Of a stretch of 64,000 bases of DNA, positions 13,005 through 26,720 are shown piece after piece; position 1 is the stretch's first letter; every line of letters starts with the position of its first letter. The stretch comes from Tubiluchus corallicola. Its lineage: Eukaryota > Animalia > Priapulida. The DNA lies in contig JAQGDQ010000153.1 in the NCBI GenBank assembly GCA_030141605.1, positions 423,329 through 487,328 of the forward strand, given 5' to 3'. The notes beneath the pieces are model-generated. The model had not been told where the DNA came from and made no database searches. It saw only the letters and a list, made by a program, of their open reading frames with translations. A program made the position numbers and the translations under genes.

Positions 13005-14605
13005 ATATCAATTTTTTTGCCATTGTTATACATACACAAGTATCATACAAGTACATTATACATATGCAAGTAAAATAATTATGTATAACCAGTTAAAAAA
13101 CTGCAATTTTTTAATTTCAATTTTACAAAGCGACAGCTTACTACACACAAACAGTGCATTAAAAATAGTTTATCAGACCTAGTTGTATTACTTAATGGCG
13201 TGCTTCTTGGACAGCAATGACAAATTGTAAAAACGAATTTTTTACTGGTCGCAACCAAGTTCAATCAAACTGAATCAAAACAGAAGTTTTAGCATTAAGT
13301 TTTTGTTATACTTCACCAAAACCGAATTTCTTAACAAAAAAATCTCTGAAACAGAACTGTACTAAATTTTTTTTGATTCAGTACCAAAAAAAATCAGTCT
13401 GTTTCCAAATTTTGGTGCATCTCTATCAGCCACCCTCAAGATGTACACTCCCTTGTCTGTGTATATCAAAGTGTACACTTTTCTATTACCTATAATATTA
13501 ATAAATGGCAAAAACTGTTTTGATAATTAAGTATTGTTTGTACTACCAGGGACAAATTTGTTTGAGCAGTTGTAAGGTTGATCTGTAGTGTCCAAAGTGG
13601 CAATTACTAAATTTGCACTTGGATAATTTGCATTTAACTTTGTGCACAAACAAAACCATTGTGATAAACTCAAACATTAAGGCAAGTAATAACAAATTAA
13701 CATTTTTTCTGGTTAGAATGACTATGTGAGGAGAAGTGAAGTAACTTAAAATGCTTTTTCCTTGCCATAGCATTGTGCAAGTTCTAGAAAACTTGGCCCA
13801 TTTAATGTGTAGGGATGCACAGAGATTTATTGTGTAGCCAGTTTCGATTTTCAACTCAGATCGCATATGTATTGTACTAAATTTTAGTGGTGGCATCATC
13901 CGTAAATGCACTGGAGAAGCATAATTATCTAACTTAACGTGCAGCTTTACTAAGGAATGAAAAAATATTTTTTTAAAATACAAGTCCTCTGTTAGAAGTT
14001 CAGAACAGATATTACATGATTAGTGATATGAGACTGTACAGTTAGACTTAAATTGACTATTGCTGTAAATTTTGTGGCATGCAGTGCAATCCGCTGTCCG
14101 CAGTTATGTGTGTTGTCGTCATGAGCAGTTTGTTAAATGATACCAAAACTAGATGCTTGGGAAGCACTCTGTTCCATTTGCCTTAGTCTCAAGAAACTCT
14201 TGCACATTAAGTTACCAAGTTGGCATAGAGACCAACAAAAAATTTAAGAAATATCTCTATTTGGTTGGAGCTAGTTATCCAAAGATTATTAAAACTGAAT
14301 GTGAGACATGTTGTAATCTTATCATTGTAAGAACCTGAAAAACAAAGAGTAGAACTCTAATTAATAAGGGATTGTTAGAATTTTGTAAAGAGCATCTCAC
14401 GTCAAGAGCAAATGTGAGTTATAAATCATCCATTATAAAAACTTCTGTCTAAACTAAAATTTGCAAACATTTCATTTATATTTTCTAAAATCTTTATCAT
14501 GCAAAAACCTAATTAAATTTTGTAAAGGCAACATTTTAAATTTTTAATGCATATGCTGCGATGCACAAAAGTTTTGTTGATAATGTAGTGTTTGTCATCT
14601 TCTAG

Positions 14606-14739
14606 TATCAAGTTGCATTTAAACAAGAAAACGCTCACGAAGATGCTATCTGGACATGTGCTTGGCAACGGGATGCAAAAGAACACATAGATAATATAGT
14701 TACTGGCTCTGTGGATAACAATGTCAAAGTGTGGAAATG
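14606..14739 (+). CDS. WDR61: WD repeat-containing protein 61 (SKI8/SKIC8) exon
   Basis: tctag| YQVAFKQENAHEDAIWTCAWQRDAKEHIDNIVTGSVDNNVKVWK(W) |gtgggt; matches the WDR61 N-terminal repeat. Confidence 0.93.
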
Positions 14740-15296
14740 GTGGGTATCTAAATATTTCAAAAACATTTACTCTTTGGTATTAAAAATATATTAAACAATA
14801 GAATTATTATTAAAGCTACTCTAACTTTTTACATAGTTTTTGCCAAGTAAAGAGACCTGCAAACATTTAGGATATAGTTTATTGTATTGTATTAATCAAA
14901 ATTTGCAGTATCTGTTAGTAAGCTACATGAAAGATTATAAGATTGTGCATTTTAAAAAATCAAAATTTCTAACTGTCATCTAAGAATACCACAATTTTTG
15001 GACAAAATGCAAATGGATAACTGAAGAACTGTGACCAAAATTAGAATTCAAGTCCAGGTTAAATATTTTGATATTTTAGTAAGTTGTTTTGTTAATGGAA
15101 CTGCAAGTTACTGTATTATCATTAGTTTCTAATCATAAGAATTGTACATCATAAAATTTGGTGTGAGTCACATTCATGTCAACGTAAAAGCGCTTGTTCC
15201 GTTTTTAGTAAGCTTTGTACTGTGCAAATTTATTTCTTTGAAAAGTGTCATCAGAATAAGATGAAAAAACTTTTTTAATTGATTTTATACATGTAG

Positions 15297-15469
15297 GTCA
15301 AATGATCAGCTAAAGTTGCGGCATTTATTAGAAGGTCATCAACTTGGTGTGATCTCTGCTGATATTGATTATACAGGAAAATTAATAGCATCTAGTTCGC
15401 TAGACAGTGTGATTCGACTGTGGGAAGCTGACACTGGTAATCTGCTACGAACAATCGATGCTGGTCCAG
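15297..15469 (+). CDS. WDR61: WDR61 exon
   Basis: tgtag| SNDQLKLRHLLEGHQLGVISADIDYTGKLIASSSLDSVIRLWEADTGNLLRTIDAGP |gtatgt; phase continues from the previous exon. Confidence 0.95.
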
Positions 15470-15583
15470 GTATGTGTGCTGCAGAATTGTTTTTTTTTAT
15501 TGTCTAATTTTATTAATTTGATCTCATATCAGGTTACATATAAATCAAGCATGTAATTATCAGCTTTAATTTTCTTAATTTAG

Positions 15584-15732
15584 TTGATGCTTGGACCGTT
15601 TGTTTTTCGTCTGATGCTCAGTTGTTAGCGACTGGAAGTCACACTGGTGCCATAAACCTTTACAGTGTAGAATCTGGTGAAAAAGCATCAGATCTGGATA
15701 CTAGAGGAAAATTCACGCTCAGTACTGCATTT
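15584..15732 (+). CDS. WDR61: WDR61 exon
   Basis: tttag| (V)[49 protein letters not shown] |gtaagc. Confidence 0.95.
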
Positions 15733-16099
15733 GTAAGCACATAAATCTTAACAGGTTAAGACAGAAATTAGTAACACTAAAATTAATAGCCATTGAACAC
15801 ATAAAATTTTAACAAAATTAATGTAAATAATTCTCCATGTTCGTTTATCTGCATACCATAGCATCACACTATGCCTTGCTTTACAGTCGTTTCAAAATTA
15901 TCTCACAAATAGGTTTCAAGATGTCAAATATAACAATATAATTTCTGATAGCCGAGAAATGTTATAAGGTGTTGTGTTCCACCGGGATCTATTTTGGGGC
16001 TGTTGATATTTTTATTGAAAGTAAATGACATAAAAAATAACATTAATAAAGCAAAAATTATTTTATTTGCATATAAATTGAATTGAAGTTCCAGTTTAT

Positions 16100-16335
16100 A
16101 TAAATCAAATTAACAACGAATTATTCACCCTCTCTAACTGGTTTTATGATGATAAATTATCTTTAAATGTCAGTAAAACAATAATAATTTTCAGGCCCTA
16201 AAGTACAATTATTCCACTTAATCTAAATTTGTGATTGATAATATGAACATCGAAATAGTAACAGGAACAAAATTACTGGGTGTAATTTTACAAAAACGTT
16301 TAGGCTAGACTTCTCATATTAAACACCCTAAGCAA
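16100..16335 (+). mobile_element. Old L2/CR1 RT fragment in a WDR61 intron
   Basis: NQINNELFTLSNWFYDDKLSLNVSKT...IEIVTGTKLLGVILQKRLG*TSHI, parallel to the motifs of the 10945 ORF. Confidence 0.65.
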
Positions 16336-16362
16336 ATTGACAACAATTATTTTTCTTACTAG

Positions 16363-16456
16363 AGTCCCGATGGCAAGTTTATTGCAAGTGGTGCCATTGA
16401 TGGTATAATTAATGTATTTGATTTGGAAACAACCAAAGTGCTCCATACCTTAGAAG
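16363..16456 (+). CDS. WDR61: WDR61 exon
   Basis: actag| [31 protein letters not shown](G) |gtatgt. Confidence 0.95.
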
Positions 16457-16780
16457 GTATGTTTCAAGTTAATCACTGTAACAATTTGTTAATTTTAGTT
16501 ATGAACCACTGGTAAAATAAGTAATGTATTTATCATTTGTGTCTACATATTTCTGTACTTTATATCATTATTAGTTTAGTAAAAAAATTAGCAGAAGTAG
16601 TCCGTAGTCCAGCAATTATTCCTGAGCAGCAGTGAGGATAATAAACTGCCATAATTTGCACAGCCATAATGGCACCTTTAAAATGCATCAAAAAGTTCTT
16701 TTAAACATAATAAGCTGGTCTCAAATTTTTGCAGATGTACAATGGATTTTGATGCTAATGTTGTAAATGGACATTTTCAG

Positions 16781-16874
16781 GTCATGCGATGCCTATCAGG
16801 TCTTTGGCTTTTTCACCAGATTCTCAGTTGCTCATCACTGCTTCCGATGATGGCCATATTAAAATATATGATAC
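16781..16874 (+). CDS. WDR61: WDR61 exon
   Basis: ttcag| [30 protein letters not shown](T) |gtaagt. Confidence 0.95.
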
Positions 16875-17746
16875 GTAAGTAATTTTATGAAATCATAAGC
16901 GTATGCATAGCAAACCTAGGCATTCAAGTAGCTTGCTTATAGAGCCCTGATAATTATAATTGCAGCATCTTGATACACTCTTTCTTTCAAGTCTTATTGG
17001 ACATTCTTGCAAGTGTTAATTAACACTGAGCATATTGTATTAGTTATTGATGAGTGTCAGAAAGTAGTTTTTATACAACTGTAACAGTATCATTTAATAG
17101 AGGACAAAAGGCCGGGCATATATGGAATGTTCAGCCGAATATTTGGCATGTGATAGTTTATAAAAAGCCTTGCCTGGCTTGATTTTATTAAAGAATGTAG
17201 AACTGATCATTTCCTATTTAATCAATAAAGTAGCTTTTTGATCGCCATTTTAAAGTGTCACTCATAAATACTCATTTCATTTCTCTCTTTGCCATTTTTG
17301 TAGCTTCGTTTGTCAGCACACACATTGTTCACTGAGTGAAAAAGTCTATTGCATTTCCCCAGCTTGCGAACAAACACTACTTTATAAAGAAAAGTCAGGC
17401 AGCAACACTAATAAACAAACATAATGTTGAAGCTCAACTAAAGTAGAGATCAGTAAATTTTTTGCTTGGCAAGAATAGTTGAAAATAATAATATGATTTA
17501 CTGGTTGTATTTCTGCGGCTGCCACTTACTACTATTTCAATTAGAAATGGTGCAGTTAGCAGTAGCAAAAGGTTCTTTAATATTTATAGACCAGGATGCT
17601 GACAGTCTTAAAGAATTTCTGACAGCACCTGCTGTTAAAAACATTATTCTTTACATTAAATCGATGAACATGACAGAAACTGATTGAATTATATTGAGTA
17701 GTGTTGCTGCTACCAGGCCCTAATAAATTTATCTGATTTTTTGCAG

Positions 17747-17839
17747 AATGGATGCACAGTTGATTGGAACATTATCAGGTCATGGTTCTTGGGTATTAAG
17801 TGTTGCCTTCGCACCAGATCAATCGAAGTTTGTATCAAG
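17747..17839 (+). CDS. WDR61: WDR61 exon
   Basis: tgcag| MDAQLIGTLSGHGSWVLSVAFAPDQSKFVS(S) |gtatga. Confidence 0.95.
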
Positions 17840-18761
17840 GTATGACAATGATCAAAACATTCATTTAGTGAAACTTTATCATACTGATTCTGGCAAATAA
17901 ATGTGCATCACAATATGTGTGCTTGCAAACCATAAGTCGGCAGAGTTAAAACCACGTTATGATGCTTCAAAGTAGAATGCACCAAAATTTTGGTCTAATG
18001 TTAGTTTGTTTTTTTAACAAACACTAAATATATTGGACTTTTATATTCTAGCATCAAATTATCAAGAAAACATCCAAAAAATAGTAAAAATTTTATTTTA
18101 TAATCCTGTGCCCATTTGTCCGCCTAGAAACTTGTACTGCAATTGCAAAAAACTTGTATTTTCGTACTCCGGTAGTAGCTATTGAAAGCAGTCATTTTGC
18201 TTTAGGTTTTTTCTGTTGACAAGCACAAATCTTCGTCAGGATGGGCCATCTACTGGATTTAAACATAACTTCAATGTGCTCTTACAAAGTCCATAGCATC
18301 CACACTTTCGTATGGTTGCTAAGTATTTTTTAGAGACGCGACAAAAAGCAATGGCTGACTTTAACAGAGATTTTCTCAAGATTATCTTTTTCACTGCATA
18401 GCCCTTTTTTCTCAACTTCAATGTGGATTATTTCAGCTTAGAAATAACTTAGAGTGATGAGCTTGGTATCAAAATGATCCTCATGAAATGGAGACTCAAT
18501 GTATGTGAATAAGTAGAAAGCATTAATTGTCGACTTATGGATGATTTTGCTATGCAAGCACACATACATTCTATGTACAATTTCACACTAACATTTTCTT
18601 TTTCTTATCTTTCTTCTGTGTTTTTTCAAGTTAAATAAATAGTACTAAAATAGGTATTGTAACGAAAATGCCAAATTTGCTGTTGCACGTTCAGGAATAA
18701 GTATTCAAGATTTGATTAAACTCGAGTGCCGTCTTATGTATCCATGTTGTTTTTTTAACAG

Positions 18762-18840
18762 CTCTTCAGATAAAACTGTCAAAGTTTGGGATACGAATAA
18801 GAGACAATGTTTACATACATTCAATGAACATACAGATCAG
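18762..18840 (+). CDS. WDR61: WDR61 exon
   Basis: aacag| [26 protein letters not shown] |gtaaca. Confidence 0.95.
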
Positions 18841-19474
18841 GTAACAACAATTGTTTTTATGTGTAATGTAATCTCACTTAAGCAGTTTCAGTATGTTATG
18901 CTATTATTGACAAACAATTGGCTTTTGAGATATATTACTTTTTAAGTAATAAAAAAGAAGTAAAGACCCGTATTAGGTGGGTATGGCTGCTCCAGCAGAT
19001 CAAAACCTACAAAGGTACTTTGGAAGTTGAAATTGTAAACCACAAAAGCATATGATAGTTTGAATACTAGTAATAAATAGTAATAGATGAAAACCCACCA
19101 TGAGTGATAACAGCAGCAGCAAATCATGTAGTATAAACAAGCATAAATTACAGCTCAAATTACATGCACAACAAAATGAAATCCTACAGAAGCCATACTA
19201 CTTGTACAGTGAGAGATGACCAAAAAAGGAAATTGCACCTGTAGAAATTGTTGAAAAACCACAAGTTGGCTACAGATACATTGAAGCCAAACCTAAAAAA
19301 TTATCAAAAAACTAATATTAGGAAAGAAATGCCACCACATTTGAAATTAGAAATACATTGACTGTGTATGACCACAAAATTGTATGTTAGATTTGCTACA
19401 TTAAACATTATGTGTGCTATTTGGCCCCTTAGTCAAATTATCTGGCTAAAATAATGCTCCCTATCTGGTCACAG

Positions 19475-19564
19475 GTGTGGAGTGCAAGGTACAATGCAAA
19501 TGGGTCGAAGATAGTCTCAGTAGCTGAAGACAGAATCATTTTCATCTACGATTGTCCTGTGTAG
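19475..19564 (+). CDS. WDR61: WDR61 last coding exon
   Basis: cacag| [29 protein letters not shown]; the YDCP end is typical of WDR61. The eight exons total 906 nt, in frame. Confidence 0.95.
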   Translation: MWSARYNANGSKIVSVAEDRIIFIYDCPV

Positions 19565-19697
19565 GGAGACTAAATCATTATTGTGTATATTGGCAGTTCT
19601 GTTTTGTAGCATCTTACATTAGCGCCTTGTATTATAGTAACAGCAGTATAGATCTGCTGATCTGTTGATATGATATTAATTAGTTGAAATGTGCTTA

Positions 19698-19703
19698 AAT
19701 AAA
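19698..19703 (+). terminator. Putative WDR61 polyadenylation signal AATAAA
   Basis: First AATAAA ~135 nt after the stop, followed by GT-rich sequence. Confidence 0.5.
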
Positions 19704-20699
19704 CAATGAAACATTTTACTGTGTTTGTAAGTACGTATTGTGCTTTCCAAGATATTCATGATTCCAAAAAATTATTTGATTTTCTTAATTTTCTGAAATT
19801 AGAACCTTGTATTGTAACAATAATATTGTTACCTAATTGTAAATAATTTTAAATAATAAAATTTTACCTAATTTTAAATAACTATTTGGAACTTGTTAAA
19901 TGTATTTTTTAAAAACGTATTACCTTAACCAAATTGTTCCTTACAAAAAATTGTACGATTTTCTTAATTTTCTTAAATTAGCTTCTTGCGTTTCACATTA
20001 TGTATTATAACCAACAATACTGTAAATCTATTGATTATATAATATTGACATAATAATTGTCTAAATGTGTGTTCAGAAACTATTAAGGGCTTTTTGTTGT
20101 ACTTTTTGAATACTTTTTATGCTCATGTTCTCGTTCCTCCTCTCCTTTTTCCTTTCCCCTCTCCTCTCTTCTCCGCTGTTCTCCACTCATCAATGAAAAC
20201 AATTAGTGATATTATCTCCTAAGCAACTGTGTACTTTAGTAAATTATACTCCACACTGTGCAGGCTTTGGCAGCGGTGTGTATTCTACTAAGTGTCATTA
20301 TTGTGTAAATAACTTACTCATCTTTTGTTAAATGCATAAAATTTCATGCTTAGATAAGCTGTTGTTTCTATTTTTTACTCATTTTATTAGCGCTGCACCT
20401 CACTGAATATTTTTGGCCACTTTGAAAACATGATGCAATTGTCACTCAATGTGTTCAGAAGTGTTTTTATCTACATTTTTGTCTACTTTTATCTATCGGC
20501 ATTTTTTTCGGTTATTATAGATACATGCACTTTTAGCTCCCACTTATTACAAACTAATGTTTTATCTACGTTATTTTTTTGCAAATGTTATTACCAAGTG
20601 TGTAGAAGTTATTATCATTGAATAAGTAGCCTGTGTATGTGTCCTGGGCAACTGTTAAACTGCGGTTTCTTCTACCACACACATTTTTTAGCAAACTTT

Positions 20700-21100
20700 T
20701 GTCCCATGGAATTTAGGAGACAAATGACGGAGATTTCAACTTCTCAAACTCCTCGACCACAAGGGTTGCATAGGAGCTAGACTCCGACAATTGAGTTTAT
20801 ATAAGCTGTGTCATTGCATTTTGGACACAGCAGATGTTTGTGTTCGTAGTGTCCAGCCAACATTCCTTCCACTCACTAGTGTTACAGCACCCACATATGG
20901 GTCATTCTTGTAGAGTGGGGGTGACTAGTTAAACACCTGTAGACGGTACAAGATCATCTTCCATTATGATACCATAGTCTCTTGGTTTTTCTGAAGGCCC
21001 AAGAACAAGTAAACGATTATAATGAATTCCTCTATTGCGGACTTTAACAAGCACTTCTTTTTTGTGATAAGGCAACTCCAATGAAATAGCAATCGAAAGA
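20700..21100 (-). mobile_element. Highly decayed CR1-like RT remnant
   Basis: Minus-strand fragments EKPRDYGIIMEDDL and RNVGWTLRT...LYKL...PLWS echo CR1 RDLG / GWILR / LYK..WSP motifs. Confidence 0.35.
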
Positions 21101-22799
21101 GTCCTTGGAAATGCGCGGATTTCTGTGTATGCAAACCTTTAATCGTACGTCATCACCGACATGGTTTTGCAGCGGCAGAGAATCTAGCAACTTCGTCAAA
21201 ATGTATATTTAAAACTTGTCTCTTGTTAGCACCTCCATAAGGAAATTGTACAGTATCTACTCTGTGACTGTAACACCAAGACAATTTTCTAATTAGTGAT
21301 CTCAGTAGAGCTGCCAAAGGTATGACTTCACAACAATGCAATTGACGTCAAACATATTGGTTTATCGCTCCATCTCGGCTGTGACGCTCAGCAGCATTCG
21401 GGACAACAGCTCACGCTGGACAGCAACTGTCTAAATTAAACTAAACTAAACAGCATGACAGTCACAACAAATGTCTGATCAGCAGATAAAAACCCGCCAG
21501 AAAAGAAAACATTTTGAAGAAAACATATTGTTTTGTCCATATTTAAAGTTAATCAAATAGTTGTTTTTATCTAACTTGCAAAGCCATAAACTAAACTAAA
21601 CTGTCTTGATTACAAAATGGTTTAATCAGCAACTCATAGACGTAAGCCTTGTGCATTTTTTCCTATAAACGAAACTAGACTATAGATTTCCGCTGACTCC
21701 CTTGCAATTTCAATTGAAATAACAAAATCTAGAACCAGGCCAATATTTCACCCGCTAACTAATGAAAATTGAGCATTTTCCACAACAGTATTAGACGCAG
21801 CTGTAGCTAAATGTCACGAACATACCTGCTACTGGGGTGTGTGAAATAACTTTCACGATGATTGGGCTGTCAACGAAAATGATTGACATTATGTTAGACG
21901 TCAGTTAGTAGTATGGGTAGCGCTGTAACCATTTCCTTTGTAGATTCAGGAAGCCAATTAAGGCATTAGGACAATTATTAACTTATTTTCTGATTTAGCA
22001 GTGTTTTAAATGCGATGCTGTAGAGTTCAATTGCACTCACTTTCTTTACTTTTGAAATTATTACTAGTAATTTTATTGTTCGATCAAAATTGTATCACAT
22101 CAGCAGAAACTAAATATACGGTTTATCTCCTAGTACAAACGGTGGTTCAATGAGTCTTAGAAAGGGTGGTTATAGGTGAAATCTGACCGAGGACAAACAA
22201 TATTGCTACGATTATTTATCATTGTGAAACACATGAAACCAACAATTAAAATTTTTAACGTTTTAATGCTACCTCAGCTTTTAAGAAAGTGATATTCTTT
22301 GGAATTGAATTAAAATTTATTTTTCTTTGGAATAGCCACACACCCATAATGGTATAACAGATAGAGAGGGCTTTGATAGATGCTAATGAAAGTGAAGGGG
22401 AGGGAATGTAGTGAGCCGACCAAGAGAGTTCATAGTTCAGCTATCCGTTTAATATAAATGAAATGTTAACTAATCGCAGGTAGTATTAATGTGTCACAGG
22501 CAATGTAAGTCAAGTTTGACTTCAGCTTAATTTGCTAAACTAGTGAGTTCTAAATAAATGAAATTGATTACAGTGCATATTTGAACTTGCAGCATAATAT
22601 TGCATAGTTAGTTGGATAAATGTGCTTATTTCAATTTGAATGCTAATAATGAATGTTTATTAATGAAAGTTACAATTCATTATGTTAAATGTTAGAAAAG
22701 GGGTGAACTCTTTTTTAAACATAACACCGCATAAGCAACTGGAGAATTTATTACTGGAACAAAAAATACTTTGTATAAAGTTTGGAAACCAACGATAGA

Positions 22800-23300
22800 T
22801 GGCAGCATGAACAGAATGATTGATTTGGAACTGACTAGCAAACTGAACATGAAGAGTGCGTAAAATTGAAAAAGGATGAATTAAAATCTATAGCCGCTTA
22901 CTATCTGCGTATCAATTGCCAATCAAAAGTCTTGAGAGAAAAGACGCCTTAGGGCAAAATGTATGTATTCCATATTAATATAAAAAAAAATACCTTGAAA
23001 AAAGTGCCCGCCCAGATGTTTGTGCACAACCCGCGGACTGCGATACAAACAATAATGATAATTTTCGGCTCAAATGGAATTGGATTATCAACTACGTTTG
23101 AAAGAACTCGAAGTGAAAGGAGAACGCGAAGGGAAAGAGAAGCGACACTGGCAGAAAGAGAATTAGAAATTCAAAAACAATTGCGGCTTAAAGAGTTGGA
23201 AATGCGATAATACATGATAATGTCAGATTCTGGTCGTATTTTGGATTTATTTCTGCCATATGATGAAACAGATGATGTAACAAGACTACCGGTTGGAGAG
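22800..23300 (+). mobile_element. Possible decayed Gypsy-type gag N-terminus
   Basis: LKKDELKSIAAYY followed by the coiled coil RTRREREATLAERELEIQKQLRLKELEMR; no LTR pair or pol seen. Confidence 0.35.
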
Positions 23301-26300
23301 CGGGCTGCGTCACGTGATCTTGCCAGTGAGTACTAAAAATTCAAATTGTTTCTGATTTCAGACGAGTCAATTAGGTTTTATGAGCTCAATTATGTTTTAT
23401 GAGTTTCCGGTCAAACAAAAGTTACTGCATTAAGCCAAGATATTAATTTTTGAAGCGTGTTCATAGTGAGTAAAAGTGACAAGTACAGCAGTAATAAAAG
23501 CGATCGTCGATTAGTTCGTGATGCCAAGAAGTAAGGCTGATTCGTTTCAATTTTCAACTGAAGATATCATCAACGTTTGAAAGGTTGTGCCGTTATTACT
23601 TATTAGAAATAGTTTCGAGCGCCTCATGTAGCAACTCTTATTACGAGGAAATAATATTACTGCAAGTTCTCTGGAAATTTTTTATTTATGTTATGGGGAT
23701 GATGAGCTACGAGACGAGTCTAATATTTGCATGTATTGAAATTAAACCAAAGAGTTCAAACATTGGACTGTCATGCTGCGTATCAGCTTTCGTACTTGAG
23801 TTTGAGCTCTAATAATGTTACAGTAATAATTACTCTAAAATCATGCAAGTCTTCATTTATTGTTTCCATTTTCTTGTCAGTAGATGTATAATGCACTAAT
23901 AGTGACTTTATACATAAAACTGATGTCAGAATATGCTAAAGATATTATCGAATTAAAAAAGTTGATCTGTCTTCATACCGAGTCCCTATGGACTTGACGG
24001 CATTGAAAATACCTTATCAGGAGTACTATGTAGTTATTAATGAACTAAATGATATAACGGTACAAGAAGCTCACGTTTGCAGATATGGAGGCTAATAATT
24101 ATAACTGATGGACTACTAGAAGAAATTAATGATCTACAATGCTGAAAGTATTAATTACACGCGCACCACGTACATCATTTTCCGGTTGACATGGCTCTAA
24201 TTAAATGAAGGTGAATGCTTGTTTCCTCCCATTCAGGATTAATACTACAGTGACAAACCAACTTAATGATCCTCTACTGTTCACTCGCATAGTGATATAT
24301 ATATTTATATATACATGTAATGTTTTCAAGATAAGGAAAGTTGAATTTTTCATCTTGCGAGCACGCAAATCTTCGAAGGTCAGGTACTACTAAATCGATC
24401 CTTGTTTGTGAGTTAAATACATGTCGTTGCATGTGCATAGCAATCTACGTTGAGCAAGTTGAGCCGGATTGGTAAATGGATGGATTCAGCACTTGTTCAG
24501 TGCGATTTCACCTGACGTACTTGTGGGTTTTACACCTCTTTGAGGGCGGATGTATATGCATTTGCTTCCTCCGATTTAGTATCTTACGTAAGAAAACTAA
24601 ACCTGATAATGAGATAGGTATCTGGTCGCGTTGTAACTCTGATCGCATCTACATTGAATAAAGCTTAATAACGCACAGCTTTACGGTCCAAAATGTAAAA
24701 AATCGCAATGCACGACAAAAATTAAAGTTAAAACGTCACCGTGGCAGCCGATCAAAAGCGCCCTAAAGGAACATTTTGTCCAAACTCTTTTAGAAGAACC
24801 AACCCCCAAATGTGTATTTTTTTTTAAAAATCACGCCGTCAATCCAATTCAGTTTGTCCTACAGATATGACTGTATTTGGAGAAAAATACTGTACATTGA
24901 ATGCAACAATTTTATTTCAAACAATGGATAATATATATGGATATATTATTTCGCTATATATCCTATTTCATTTCGCTGTTTCAGTCATGATTTAACGAGA
25001 GTCGGGATAAATCCTCAATAATGAAGGATTAAATGAAATGAGAGGAGAAATGCGCAGCTAAGTATCTCTCACTATTGACTTTGGGATTAGCTCTCATTAC
25101 TTAGTATGATGGGTAACTTAAAACGACAATTTAAGCCAAGATACTTTAATTTTGCTCGTCCAGGAGGGAGAAATGAGAAATGTTAGCGGCAACAATGTGC
25201 CTTTCAACAAATTGAACTTTTTTGCTTCTGTTTGCTGTGATAATATGCGTAAACAAAATATGGGGTGTCCTCAAATTTCATTTTAATCCTTCACATTTTT
25301 CTCCAATTTTGGCAAGCTCTAGCATAAATCAAAAGCAGGTTTGAAAAATCTTTTGGTATTCAAGCTTTAATTGGGTGGGGTAACCTTTACTGCAACGAGC
25401 AATGAGAGACCTCTTAACACAAAATTACCTCATGTAGTGAGCACTGCACGAAGTTTTTCGAAGGTGCCGCACACTTAGAAGTCTACCTCTCAATTAATTC
25501 TTTTCAAATTTTCATTTAATTTGGTTAAAATAATTCCAGTTCATGTGTGCCCATTTTCAAACGTTTTACTTTGATTGTGATTCAACATTTCAAAATCAAA
25601 ATTATTAAAGCTAGACTTTCTTTGAACCCAACTAAAAAATTTCGCTATAAACTAAAAATGGTAGAAAAGATAGAGAAAAGCTGCTCTCACACTGAATGTG
25701 GATTCGACGCTGGTTTTGGACCTAGATATTGAAACCGAGTTGACCTTGTGCACACAATGGCTAGACGTATCCACCAATTATCCGCTGGTAAAAGTCAACG
25801 GGGTACCGTCGTGCATGCGTCAATTCTGACAGTTCTGTATTCACAATGTTGGCTTCTCACAGCTCAGGAGTGTCGTTTGTCTTGCCCAAGGCTTGCTGGT
25901 AAATTCGCTATTAGCTCGATTTGCGCATCCAACAACACACATAAACAAGATTTATTACAACGAGGAGTCAAATTAGCCAGTATCTAGTGTTGTGTAATAG
26001 TATTACTCCACTGTTGACTATTGAGTGCGCATCGCGTGGAAAGCACGCTGTTGGTGATTTCAATGTTCGCACGTAAACGGCTTCTCATAAACAATAAGTA
26101 TAAACCGCAAATTCGATAAGTGGTAATAATTTAACTTTTCCTTACTTGTGAAAGGAAATATTGAAGCTCATTTCCATGCCCATCCGAAAGTATTTTTGGA
26201 ATGTGAGACGAAGATTTGGCAAAGAAAAACCGTCAGTATTTAAAGTCGCAATAGTTAACGTGAAAAAATCGAACTGTATATTGTGAATAAATCCTAGAGA

Positions 26301-26720
26301 ATGACTGATGCTCATCGTGCGGAGGAACCGGCCGAAGCCTCCGATGCCACAAATGGCTTCAGCAACAGTCCCATCACGGACGCAGAGGACGTCTCGTGTT
26401 GTGGTAGCTGTAAGTGCTCCCGGGCTGCTTGTCAGTCCTGGTGTGATCGCTCCAATCGAGCGGCCCGGGCTTTCATTTGTACATTCGTGTTTACTTGTAC
26501 GGTCATATCAGCTCTTGTGATATGCAGTTGTCTAGTGATAAAGCCTTATTTGATATCCAAAGATTTCGAACTAGCCGACTGTAGGACAAGGAACGTGACT
26601 TATTGGGAGCAGTGGTGTTGTTTGAGAGTGCTTGTCCAGTACAGAGATCTGAGCAATAGAAGACATTTGGCCTATATTATAGAGGACGAGTATTCTTTAC
26701 TGGATGGCCATCATGCTTCG
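26301..26720 (+). CDS. BK (Ca-activated K+) channel beta-subunit-like protein (KCNMB/CaKB family), exon 1
   Basis: 140 codons: N-tail, TM1 (AFICTFVFTCTVISALVICSCLVIKPY), loop ADC..NVT..WCCLRVLVQY; phase-0 donor tcg|gtaagt. Confidence 0.85.

Larger units (their letters stand above)
10815..13425. mobile_element. Degenerate hAT-type MITE expanded by nested insertions
   Basis: Ends TAGGGA(..)CCGAA and TTTGGTGCATCTCTA; subterminal AACCGAA repeats; 8-bp flanks ccagccat / tcagccac (6/8 match, TSD-like). Confidence 0.45.
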
